Notes under the pieces: model-generated | What the model was told of the DNA's origin: nothing | Databases searched by the model: none | The model's input: the letters and a program-made list of their open reading frames with translations, nothing else | Assembly: GCA_030390025.1 (NCBI GenBank) | Contig: JASTWF010000358.1 | Coordinates: 186,001 to 250,000, forward strand | Source of the DNA: Squalus acanthias | Lineage: Eukaryota | Length of the DNA: 64,000 bases | Reading direction: 5' to 3' | In this document: one piece after another, positions 12,701-23,085 of the stretch | Layout: each line of letters begins with the position of its first letter | How positions within the stretch are numbered: the first letter of the stretch is position 1 | Program-made: the position numbers and the translations under genes

Positions 12701-13188
12701 AGAGAGATGCAGAGTCTCAGAGAGACAGATTCCCAGAGAGACAGAGTCCCAGAGAGAGGCAGAGACCCCGAGAGACAGAGACCCAGAAAGAGGCAATGTC
12801 CCTGAGAGACAGAGTCCCAGAAAGAGGCAGAGTCCGAGAGAGAAAGAGTCGCAGAGAGAGGCAGAGTCCCAGAGAGACAAAGTCCAAGAGAGAGGCAGAC
12901 TCCCATAGAGACAGAGTCCCAGAGAAATGCAGAGTCCGAGAGAGTCAGAGTCCCAGAGAGAAGCAGAGTCTCAGAGAGACAGAGTCCCAGAGAGAGAGTC
13001 TCAGATAGAAAGCGTGCCAGACAGCGAGAGAGTCCCAGAGAGTCAGAGTCTCATAGAGAGGCATAGTCCCAGAAAGAGGCTGAGTCCCAGAGATAGGCAG
13101 TGTCCCAGTGGAGCAGAGTCCCTGAGAGAGGCAGGGTCCCAGAAAGACAGAATCCCAGAGAGAGGCAGAGACCCAGAGTGACAGAGAC
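9721..13188. repeat. Diverged purine-rich satellite (mixed CCAGAGAGAGGCAGAGTC 18-mers and CCAGAGAGACAGAGTC 16-mers)
   Basis: Continuous degenerate tandem repeat with internal block duplications (e.g. 292-bp and ~440-bp offsets). Confidence 0.97.
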
Positions 13189-14872
13189 TGTAGAATTCGC
13201 AATATATCGCGATTTTATTAAATAAGGAGAAAACACATAGTTTCGTTCAAACAGCTTTTATTTCAGCAGAATGCTGTCAGGTTTCAAAGTGGACACAGGC
13301 AGCTTGTAAAATGGCCGCCGCACCTCGTGGCGGAACATTCTGGACTTTTCGACAGGCAGACAAGATGGCGTTCCAATAAACATTTGTACAAGACCGATTA
13401 AGATTCAGCACATTGAAGATAATACACGAGACATCATGGGTTTGCAGTATACACATAGATACTGAAATCGGTCTCCCGGGTACGAATAAAGGCTATTGTA
13501 CCAAGTAATCAAGGCCCTATCCAAAGACATTAATATGTAAAATCCCAACGACTCTACGATGAGAGAGCCGTTAGCGGGTAGTTACAGAAAACACTTGGAT
13601 GCCCCAAAACCCCTCCAGGGGGAACACCGACCGATTAAACAATGGGAGAAATATTAACAGGTACTCAGACATTTACGAGTAGCCCCGAAACCCATTAAAA
13701 ACGGAGATCACCTATACAAGACATTTGAGCGCCAAACCCAAACAAAAGAAAAGACATTAAGGTTGGGCGGGAAACGGAAGATTTTGCACTATAATTGCAA
13801 GCCCCAAACCGTCCATCTCTCTCTTATCCTCTTATCTTGCTGGTGTTCATCCTCGTGGCTGCTCCTGTGTTCTTGACTCGCCGTCTTGTTCCTGTTTGCC
13901 TGGTGTCTCTTTTAAAAGACTGTTGAACTTTGTGATCCGTTCGGATCTACCTCGTGTCGTGTCACGAAGACCTGTGTTGGTAACCGACATCGGAACCAAA
14001 GGCCCGAGAAGAGATGAGATGAGATGAGAAGAGACGAAGACCATACTTATCGCCACGATCAGTAAGCCCCGACCGCGCCTGTAGGTCGAATAGACATTTC
14101 TCCTTGCCAGGAAGACTTCTTTGAACTTTAAAGAACGGACCCCGGAAGATTCTTCTTTGAGATATTGACTGATCTGTGAAACCCATCAGGGCAGATCCTC
14201 ATGACGGACACCGAGAGATTATTCTCTTAAGTGTTGACTGGTACGTGAAACCCACAAACACAGATCTTCATAACAACAGACGTTCCAGCCTGCTAGCCGG
14301 AGCAGAAGCAAGTAAACAAGTGGGGCCAGGAGACCCCCTGATCGACACGTGGGTGCTGCGGTGAAAACATCCGATCAGCTATTCGGAATTTCTCCGAGAT
14401 ATCACGAGTGGTGAGCATGAGTCTCGAATCCTACGAATCTAGCTAGGAGAGATATTGATAGGGGAGGGTTTAAGTACTAAGGATAATTGTAATGTGTGCC
14501 CCCATTTACGGTGTGTCGTTCGTTCCTCGTTTCCCTAGAATTAGTTACATAACTGCGTGTAAGATTGTACTGTCATTAATCTGTGCTTATGACATGTATT
14601 TCGTAATCTTGAATATTATGCAATAAAGATTTTCCATTTCGTACCATTCAACCGAGTCTACATGAGTTTCATCTCCATTACTGCTCTCGCATCTAAGTCC
14701 AGTGTCTAGAACCGTAAGGGCGAGTGATTCGAACCACTCACAGGTGTGTCTAGTGTTCCCAGACTGGCTGGAGACCAGAACAGGCAACAAGGCCTAAACC
14801 CGCACTGACATACAGGCTGCACAGAGCCACGCGAATCTCACAGGCGGAGAGACACGCACGCAAACCCTTACA
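13189..14872 (+). repeat. A2 5' LTR (1684 bp)
   Basis: TGTAGAATTC...CCCTTACA. AATAAA at 14622 and a (GAGAT)n tract near 14011. Homologous to the other four full family A LTRs. Confidence 0.95.
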
Positions 14873-14876
14873 GAAA

Positions 14877-16684
14877 ATGGCGACCGCGGCAGGACACTGG
14901 CAGCGAGAGGGTAGTGTGTTAGACTTTGGTGTGACTGTACGAAATGTTATGCAGGAAAAGATAGCAGATTATGTGTTCGGAAAGGTTAATCTAACTAAGA
15001 AATGGATAAGTGAATTGTTAGCGGATAAAAGTCCACTAGAGGCAGCCGAAAGGTGGACAGATAGTAAAGAACATAAAAAGACACTCGAGAAAGCAGTCTG
15101 GCTAATGTGTTACAAAAGGCAGGTCCAGATTTCAAACCAGGTCATTACAGCGCTAACAGCTCGAATCAGTCATTTAGAGGGAGAAATGGATGAGAAGGTC
15201 TCTGGAGGGGAATTGCTCATTAGGAATTTAAGTGCGCTGCACCAAGAACGCCAGGAAATCTCCAGTCACCATAAAACAAGGATAGATTACCTCGAGTGCC
15301 AGGTCACTGAGGCAAAGTTAAATGAGGGCAGATTAAAGGAACGATGTGCCCGCCAAGCTGCCCAGATAAGAACTCAGGAAGAGAGCTTAACGGGGGTTAG
15401 GGCGGCATATAAGTTGGCCACGAGGATAAGTTTCAGGGAGCCGATCATAGCGCCTGCCAAAAAGAGATAGAGCACCTCAAAAAGGCCGTGAACAAAGCGC
15501 ACGGCATGGTGTGCCTTATCAGTCCGTCAGCACACCAGCCGCTCGTAAAAGAGGAGTTTCAGAAGTCCCCACCAAGTAAAGCAGAGGAAGTATTAGCCAC
15601 TGCGCCCTCCGCGCCACCCAGCTATTCGGAAACCTGGGTAAGGGAGGAAGTAGTGGAAGAAACGAAAGAGCCCATTGAGAAAGAAGTGGAAAAGGGACCG
15701 TTGTATCCAGTAACGGGTATAAAAAGGGGCCCAAACAGAAATGGTGGGGAGGAACCAGGGGATCTCCTCGGCCAGCTTGTGTTGCCTCACAGCTCACACC
15801 AGCTGAGAGTTATGATAAATCATGTACGGAAGCTGACCGAGTTAGACGACCCTTCCGTACATTTCAGAGAAGTTGAGCAAACCGCAGCCATTAACGGCTG
15901 CGATGATGGGGAAACAGCAAAAATGCTGTTGTTTTCGTTAGGCAGTTCAATCCTTCAGTGTCTCTCGGGCGAGAGCAAGAGGGGAACCAAGACTTATGAG
16001 GCATTAAAGAATGAGGTCCTGGAAGTGTTGGGGGCGGACGATGAAGGTCCGTTTGCTAGAGTGGGACAGACAGTGCAGATGGAGGGAGAACCCCCGAAGG
16101 TTTTTGCCGACAGGCTGTGGCCAGTATATCAGCGCAGCTGTCTAGGTGCGCTAGAGCGCGACGATATGGACGGCGCCGGTTTAAATCATTGGCTTAGGTG
16201 CATAGTAGCCAACAGTTTACCAGCCGTCAGAGAGCAGGCAAAAGCATGGTTTGATCCCAATGACCCCAACATTACGGAAGAGTCGGTCTTGAATCGACTC
16301 ACGTTAGGATATCGCAATATAAGGGGTATGGGAACACGTCCCCTTAAGGGAAAAGTACATGAGGTACGACCCGCAGCCCTGTATCAAAGGGAGTGGCATC
16401 AGGAGGGTAATCGCGCCCCGCAGGCAAGTAATGCTTGTTACGGGTGTGGGAAGACAGGGCACTGGCGCAAGAACTGCAGGAACCCTTGGAAGGATTCCAG
16501 GGATAAAATTCCCGCAGCCCGAGCCCAGACGCCTGTCCCTGCTAGGGAAGCTAGTGCACCCACCCCTCCCGACGACCTCGAAGTAGTGTTGGGAGCCATG
16601 CGCAAATTATTGAGTGCACATGGAAAGGTGGCGGTTGCTACCGGCCCCGTAGGTGCCGCAGGACCGTCTAATAGTACCCAATGA
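14877..16684 (+). pseudogene. gag: gag of A2 with a 1-bp frameshift near 15420
   Basis: ORFs 14877-15470 and 15488-16684 together match the intact 602-aa Gag of A4/A5. CCHC knuckle CYGCGKTGHWRKNC. Confidence 0.92.
14878..14895 (+). promoter_or_regulatory. Primer-binding site, tRNA-Arg(TCG)
   Basis: TGGCGACCGCGGCAGGAC is the complement of GTCCTGCCGCGGTCG-CCA (tRNA-Arg 3' end, from memory), 5 nt after the LTR. Confidence 0.85.
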
Positions 16685-17939
16685 CTAGAGCCCGCGCAGC
16701 CCGTCTACCTGTGTCCGCTCAGCTATGATGCGTGGAAGCGACCTTTGGTGGAGATGGAGGTAGAGAAACAGAAGGGTAGTTATTTGTTGGACACGGGAGC
16801 TTCTTGCACCGTAAATCATACAGATAGCCCTTTTGACTCGCCGCTATCTACCAAGGTCCCATTCACATTAGCGGGGTTCACGGGAAAAGAACAGGCTGGC
16901 GCGTTCTCCCTTCCGCTATCCATTCGTTTGGGAGCACTTCACCTCAAGTGGAAGTGCATACTGATGGAATGGCAGGAGGGGGGTGGAAGGGGTATCCTCG
17001 GGTCCGATCTCCTATCAGGGCACGGGATCCTCGTGGACCTCAGAAATCACTGTCTCTGGGGGGCTAAGAGTGAAAAAGGCGAGGTAGTAGTGATTCCGGG
17101 GGAGGAAGAAACAGGGGTCCTGTGTACCGTGCAGCCGTCCGGAGGCTAGGACCTCGGGCTTATGGTCGCAGATGTCCCAACGGACATGCAAAGTACGTGT
17201 CAGATAATATGCACGCGTTTGCAACCCACAAGCACGATTGTGGGAGGGTTACCGGGTTTGAGGTCAGCGTAGATGGGGACCCCATGACCCGGCCCCAAAA
17301 ACAGTATAACTTCCCCAAAGAAGCAGAACCCGATATGGAGACAGCAATGTCCTCCTTGGTGCAGCAGGGCGTGTTGAGGCCGATAGCCACACACGTGAAC
17401 TCCCCATTATGGCCGGTTAGGAAGCCGGATAATTCGTGGAGAGCCACGGTGGACTACAGAGTCCTTAACAGTAACATTCCCGCCTGCGCGCCCACGGTAG
17501 CAGCAGTTGCTGACCTAATAGGGAGTATCCCAGCGTCCGCGACCACGTTCACGGTGTTGGATATCTCGAACGGTTTTTGGTCCATCCCGCTGAGGCGAGA
17601 GGACCAGTACAATTTTGCCTTTACTTTCAAAGGACAACAGTACACATGGAACTGTCTGCCACAGGGTTTCCACAATAGCCCCAGTATTTTCCATCAGTGT
17701 ATGGCAGGAAGTTTAAAGGAGTTTAGTCAGCCCAATCAGATAGTGCAGTACGTGGATGATTTGCTCCTATTTACGGATTCAATGGAGGAGCATGGACCAC
17801 TGCTGGACGAGTTATTGGAGCTGCTAGCGAGAAAGGGTTTTAAAATAAATCCTAAGAAAGCACGTATCGGTCAGCAGGAAGTAAAATTCCTGGGACTGAC
17901 CATTCGCGCTGGGGAAAGAGTTATAGACAAAGCTAGGAG
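16685..17939 (+). pseudogene. pol: pol 5' part of A2 (protease, RT) with nonsense and frameshift lesions, cut by A3
   Basis: LLDTGAS, ILGSD, LPQGF and YVDD motifs. TAG at 17147-17149 (TAC in other copies) and a 1-bp deletion near 17190. Confidence 0.92.
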
Positions 17940-19580
17940 TGTAAGGGATTCTGACCCTGCGTGTCTCGCAGCCTGTGAGATTCACGCGGCTCTGTGCAGC
18001 CTGTATGTCAGTGCGGGTCTAGGCCTTGTTGCCTGTTCTGGTCTCCAGCCAGTCTGGGAACACTAGACACACCTGTGAGTGGTTCGAATCACTCGCCCTT
18101 ACGGTTCTAGACACTGGACTTAGATGCGAGAGCAGTAATGGAGATGAAACTCATGTAGACTCGGTTGAATGGTACGAAATGGAAAATCTTTATTGCATGA
18201 TACTTAAGATTATGAAATACATGTCATAAGCACAGATTAATGACAGTACAATCTTACAAGCAGTTATATAGTCGATCTTAGGGAAACGAGGAACGAACGG
18301 CACACCGTAAATAGGGGCACACATTACAAATATCCTTAATCCTTAAACCCTCCCCTATCAATATCTATCCTAACTAGATTCGTAGGATTTCGAGACTCAT
18401 GCTCACCACTCGTGATAACTCGGAGAAATTCCGAATAGCTGATCGGATGTTTTTCACCGCAGCACCCACGTGTCGGTCAGGAGATCTCCTGGTCCCACTT
18501 GTTTACTTGCTTCTGCTGCTCCGGCTAGCAGGCTGGACCGTCTGTTGTGATGAAGACCTGTGTTGGTTGGTTTAACAGGTACTTTTCCGAGCACAGTTCA
18601 GTCAATATCATCGATGTGATATGTTCTTTTCGAAGAAGTCTTCCTGGCAAGGAAAACTTGGCTGTTCGACCTACAGGCGCGGTCGGGATTTACTGACCGT
18701 GGCGATGGATATGGTCTTCCTCTCTTCTCATCTCATCTCATCTCATCTCATCTCATCTCGGGCCTTTGGTTCCGCTGCCAGTTACCAACATAGGTCTTCG
18801 TTACGCGACACGAGGTAGATCCGAACGGATCAGAAAGTTCAACAATCCTTTTCAAAGAGTCAACAGGCAAGCAGGAGCCCGACTACGAGTACACAGGAGC
18901 AGCCACGAGGTTACGAATAAGAGCACAGGAGCAGCCACGATGATAAGAGAGAGATGGACGGTTTGGAGCCTGCAATTATAGTGCAAAATCTTCCGTTTCC
19001 CGCCCAACCTTAATGTCCATTCTTTTGTTTAAGGTCTGGCGCTCAAATGTCTTGTATGGGTGATCTCCGTTCTTAATGGGTTTCGGGGCTACTCGTAAGT
19101 GTCTGAGTACCTGTTAATATTTCTCCCATTGTTAAATCGGTCGGTGTTCTCCCTGGAGGGGTTGTGGGGCTTCCAAGTGTTTTGTATAACTACCTGCTAA
19201 CGGCTCTCTCATCGTAGAGTCGTTGGGATTTTACATATTAATGTCTTTGGATGGGCCCTTGATTACTCGGTACAATAGCTTTCATCTGTACCTGGGAGAC
19301 CGATTTCAGTATTTATGTGTATACTGCAAACCCATAATGTCTCGTGTATTATCTTCACTGTGCTGAATCTTAATCGATCTTGCACAAATGTTTATTGGAA
19401 CGCCATCTTGTCTGCCTGTTGAAAAGTCTGGAATGTTCTGTCACGAGGTGCGGCGGCCATTTTACAGGCTGCTTGTGTCCACTTTAAACCTGGCAGCATT
19501 CTGCTGAAATAAAAGCTGTTTGAACGAAACTCTGTGTTTTCTCCTTATTAATAAAATCGCGATATATTGCGAATTCTACA
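17940..19580 (-). repeat. A3 3' LTR (1641 bp)
   Basis: About 3 substitutions versus 28991-30631, by eye. Confidence 0.96.
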
Positions 19581-19592
19581 GTCCCTCCTGTT
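19581..19592 (-). promoter_or_regulatory. Short polypurine tract of A3
   Basis: AACAGGAGGGAC abuts the TG of the 3' LTR; the same sequence occurs at 49902-49913. Confidence 0.75.
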
Positions 19593-20036
19593 GATGCGAA
19601 TAACTCCGCTTATCGTATCAAAAAAAAAAATCATAGTGGTGAGCAATATTATCTCGATTTCTCTCCGAATCCAGCAAATTAATCCCATAACTTTAACCTA
19701 GCTAGGGTCTCTGTGTCGTCCTTATTTCCCAAGAAAATTACATTTTATATCACCGTAGGCATTATTTGCCCTTAAACTTACACCACTTGTTTTCCTTCCC
19801 GGCGTAACCAGGCCGATGCCTCTCGTATCACCTGTATATTCATCTTTTATTCAGGGAAAGGAAAAACAAAACCCAAAACCAAACAATCATTTTTAACTGT
19901 AACACCATCACCAAAATAATCAACACCAACTCTTAAAACATGTCGAGTTCCCAACGTATTTACAATCTCTGAAAATCATGATCGAGTACAAACTTCCGCG
20001 GCGCACGTGGCGAGCGGGAGTGACGCCATTTTCCGA

Positions 20037-22571
20037 TCACACGGTGCTTTCATCGTGCACGCGCACGTAACGTTCTCGCCACTCTCCCGTGTTTTCATGC
20101 TTGGTGAGGCGCTTGTCTCTTTTACAATGTACGACCAATAGGTACACTACAATGAAAACTTGGCATACGACTAAAATGTGGGAGGCTATTCTGATCCATG
20201 AAGGCACTTCAATATTAGTGAACAGATTCCACCACGGTGGAATCACTATATCTAAAATGTCTGTTCCTATTTCGACAGTTTTCTGCTCTAATGTGTAAAA
20301 ATGTTTCTGTGACACCGCGACGGCTTTTAGAAGTTTGGTGAGGTGTTCAGGGAGAGGGGGAATGAGGTATCCAAAATGCGCGACGAATCGCTGCAAGTCG
20401 GTGAAATTCTCTTTTACTGTGAGATGAACAGTGGATGGTTCAGGGATTGGGACAATTCGCTGTTGTGCTACTTGAACTTCCGCCCTGGGTTTAAAACAGA
20501 AACTGCTGTCACTCACCGGACACCGGCTACGGTTTCCATGCTGGTAGTGTTGCGCTGCAGTGGTAACACAATATGTTCCACCCCCGATGTATGCTACCTG
20601 CGGAGGCACATGATCCTGTGCCATTGCCTCCTTGGTGCAATTCATGGACTTGGCGCCAGTCGTTCTGAACCCGCACTGTGGTGTTAAAAAGGCATTCAAG
20701 TGCTGGGGGCACAGTATTATGTGTGCTCCCCTGCCACGACAACCAGAGAGATCTGTACCTGTCATCGTTTGCTCCCAGCGGATGACGTAAGGTGGAACCG
20801 CTGCGTAACGAATGTGGGCTCCCCCCTGAATGACACCAATGTTCTCTACCCGATACACCGGGGCGGGCTTTGCTGTGTCGCCCAAAACCGGCATGCGTAA
20901 TACTATTCCCATAATAGTATGGTTTGATCGTCCGCAGTCCACGGGGACTGGGTAAGCTTCTGAAGCTAGCCTGAGCTGGCACGGACTTAATGCGTTCTGA
21001 AAAGGGTGGAGCGCCCGCAGGTGTTTGTTACTTATCCAGGACGGAACCAAACCTTGTTTTAAATCCTCCAAATTACTGCGGCCCTCGCCCAGTAACCACG
21101 CCCCGTAAAGCACGCACACCTCGTTCTGCGCAGCTTGGTCGGATGCATTCCGATCTTCCCTAATCAGGGCATTTACCGTCTTTGCATGTTTTTCCAACTC
21201 TGCTATAATTTCCTTTAAATGGAGAGTCATGGCTTGGTCCTCGTGTAAACCCGACCCTACCACTTTATTTTCATCTGTTAGAATGTCTTTTAATTGTGTC
21301 TTTAAACCATTAATCTGGGTCTGCAGCTCCACACTGTCTAGAGCGTTGACCACAGATGTACCCGTGTTAAAAGCAGTGAACGCATCGTTCACCAAACCCC
21401 TTCTTTGCCTCCCTGCTTGATTCAAAACTTCCTGTGGTGCGGTGTACAAACTTGTTTTATCAATTTCCGCGAAATCGAATTCGTAAAATTGTCTGAACAT
21501 CTTGGTCAACAGGACCTGATACAACTGTTCCGTCTTTTTGGGGCAACACTCTGGTAACCGCACCTCGGTGAGATTTAAAATCACCGAGGCCACCGCGTAA
21601 TGTACTCCCTGAAATAGTATCTGGTCTGTGGGGACCAGTACCAAACCATTCCCGGGTCCCTTACTAGTTTTAGGGCACCCTTCTTCCTCAGCTAGAACCA
21701 CCGGAATCGTGGGCGGGGCTTTGCGTGGGCGCGTAATGAGCTCAGTGGCATTTACTGGGATCGGGGAGAATGGGGCTCCGCACCCCCTGGTGCTCGCATC
21801 CCACCTCATCCCCTGTCCGTTATCCTGCCATTGATTAATGAAAAATATGGAGATGCCTTTGGGGCAAACGTACTTTGACCCCCACATACATACATAAATT
21901 CCCTCGTCCGGTTCCCACCATTTGTCCCAACAGACTTTCACTTGTCCGTTTGTCCCCGTAATTGTCCGATGGGTATTATTACCCAGTCGTTCCCACTCGA
22001 CCGAAGAGTTCCTCATAGTTTTGCTCAGCTTTCGCAGCCACCACCATCGGCTCAATGGGACCTTCCCACTACAAGTCAAACAAATCCGTTTGCCGACGGT
22101 GACGCTGATCCTGGGTGCGATGATCCTTACTTTGGGGCACAGTAAAGAAGTCTCTTTGTAGGCAAACCCCGATGTGCTAGAATACTCCGTTGAGTTCGTT
22201 CCCAGCCATCCTGGCCACCTTCCCTTGTGGAAATAGGTGCTGGTCTCCTCTGCCTCCCGTCTTCCGGTCCCATCCACCGCGATGGGGGCCGTGTCCCCGG
22301 AACATCCAAACACCACGACATCCTTGGTGCGGCCTCGATAGGCCAATCCACATCCGATTGCCACGAGCAATACTAGAATTCGTTCCATCCTTCCTTGGTT
22401 CCTGTGATCAGATAGAATGAGGTAGCCAGCCTCGCAAGAGTCTCTGGCTTCTGTGAAGGGTGAGCGGGTCCCCTGACCTCGCCTCACGTAAACTTCCACG
22501 TTCGCTGTATAAACTTTAACTAAACCTATCTTTAAAGCTCCCATCATTTTATCGTTTTCTGTTAAAAACAC
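20037..22571 (-). CDS. env: Intact envelope glycoprotein of A3 (likely true start MERILV at 22388): Ig-like domain plus class I F-like fusion protein
   Basis: Signal peptide MERILVLLVAIGCGLA, LTC..W..DEGIYVC, furin site RQRR|GLV, heptad repeat, Cys-rich region, TM ILVVCQVFIVVYLLVV and a short tail. Confidence 0.9.
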   Translation of the reverse strand: MFLTENDKMMGALKIGLVKVYTANVEVYVRRGQGTRSPFTEARDSCEAGYLILSDHRNQGRMERILVLLVAIGCGLAYRGRTKDVVVFGCSGDTAPIAVDGTGRREAEETSTYFHKGRWPGWLGTNSTEYSSTSGFAYKETSLLCPKVRIIAPRISVTVGKRICLTCSGKVPLSRWWWLRKLSKTMRNSSVEWERLGNNTHRTITGTNGQVKVCWDKWWEPDEGIYVCMWGSKYVCPKGISIFFINQWQDNGQGMRWDASTRGCGAPFSPIPVNATELITRPRKAPPTIPVVLAEEEGCPKTSKGPGNGLVLVPTDQILFQGVHYAVASVILNLTEVRLPECCPKKTEQLYQVLLTKMFRQFYEFDFAEIDKTSLYTAPQEVLNQAGRQRRGLVNDAFTAFNTGTSVVNALDSVELQTQINGLKTQLKDILTDENKVVGSGLHEDQAMTLHLKEIIAELEKHAKTVNALIREDRNASDQAAQNEVCVLYGAWLLGEGRSNLEDLKQGLVPSWISNKHLRALHPFQNALSPCQLRLASEAYPVPVDCGRSNHTIMGIVLRMPVLGDTAKPAPVYRVENIGVIQGGAHIRYAAVPPYVIRWEQTMTGTDLSGCRGRGAHIILCPQHLNAFLTPQCGFRTTGAKSMNCTKEAMAQDHVPPQVAYIGGGTYCVTTAAQHYQHGNRSRCPVSDSSFCFKPRAEVQVAQQRIVPIPEPSTVHLTVKENFTDLQRFVAHFGYLIPPLPEHLTKLLKAVAVSQKHFYTLEQKTVEIGTDILDIVIPPWWNLFTNIEVPSWIRIASHILVVCQVFIVVYLLVVHCKRDKRLTKHENTGEWRERYVRVHDESTV

Positions 22572-23085
22572 TACAATCTTAACCTTATTAAAAAAAACTA
22601 TAAACTTAACCTTGAACTATTAACTTAAAACTTAAAACTTATAACTTTACAGTGCCGCCCGTTCTCAGGGCGGCCCCTTTAAATTCTGAGAAGGCTGCTG
22701 CGAGCTCTTCCCGACGGTGGGAGGGCACTGGCCCTTCCCTCTGATCTGCCGCAGCCTGTTGCTGCTGCGATGTGGCCGGCCTGTATCTAGGTTATCTTAA
22801 CCTTAACTCTACGCCTTGGGGCAGTCTGGGGACATGACCACATCCTCCTGGGCTGGGGTTCTCTACTTGACCTACGGGGAGTTGCTATGGGCGGGGGTTC
22901 CGTGACTGACGGACCGGGTTCCGAGACTTCCATCGGGATGACCTGGGGTTCCACCACAGTCGCTGGCTCCGCCTCCGCTGACTCCGCCTCCCTAACCTCG
23001 GGGCTTGCAGTTTGTGGCTCCGCCCTGCTCGGCCCAGCAGGCGGCCCTTCACTCGTGATCTCTGCCTCCCCCGAGGACGGGACGT

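Noticed and set aside
9598..13236. Long ORFs (up to 685 aa) of SGTL/LGLC/ESQR repeats
   Set aside because: These are translations of a stop-poor satellite, open in several frames on both strands, with no gene features.
14587..14790. 67-aa antisense LTR ORF (MLPVLVSS...) recurring in five LTRs
   Set aside because: TTG start, short, and its recurrence is explained by LTR identity; no recognisable motif.
14878..14895. tRNA genes at tRNA-complementary sites (also 2875-2892)
   Set aside because: Only 18 nt complementary to tRNA 3' ends including CCA, so these are primer-binding sites.
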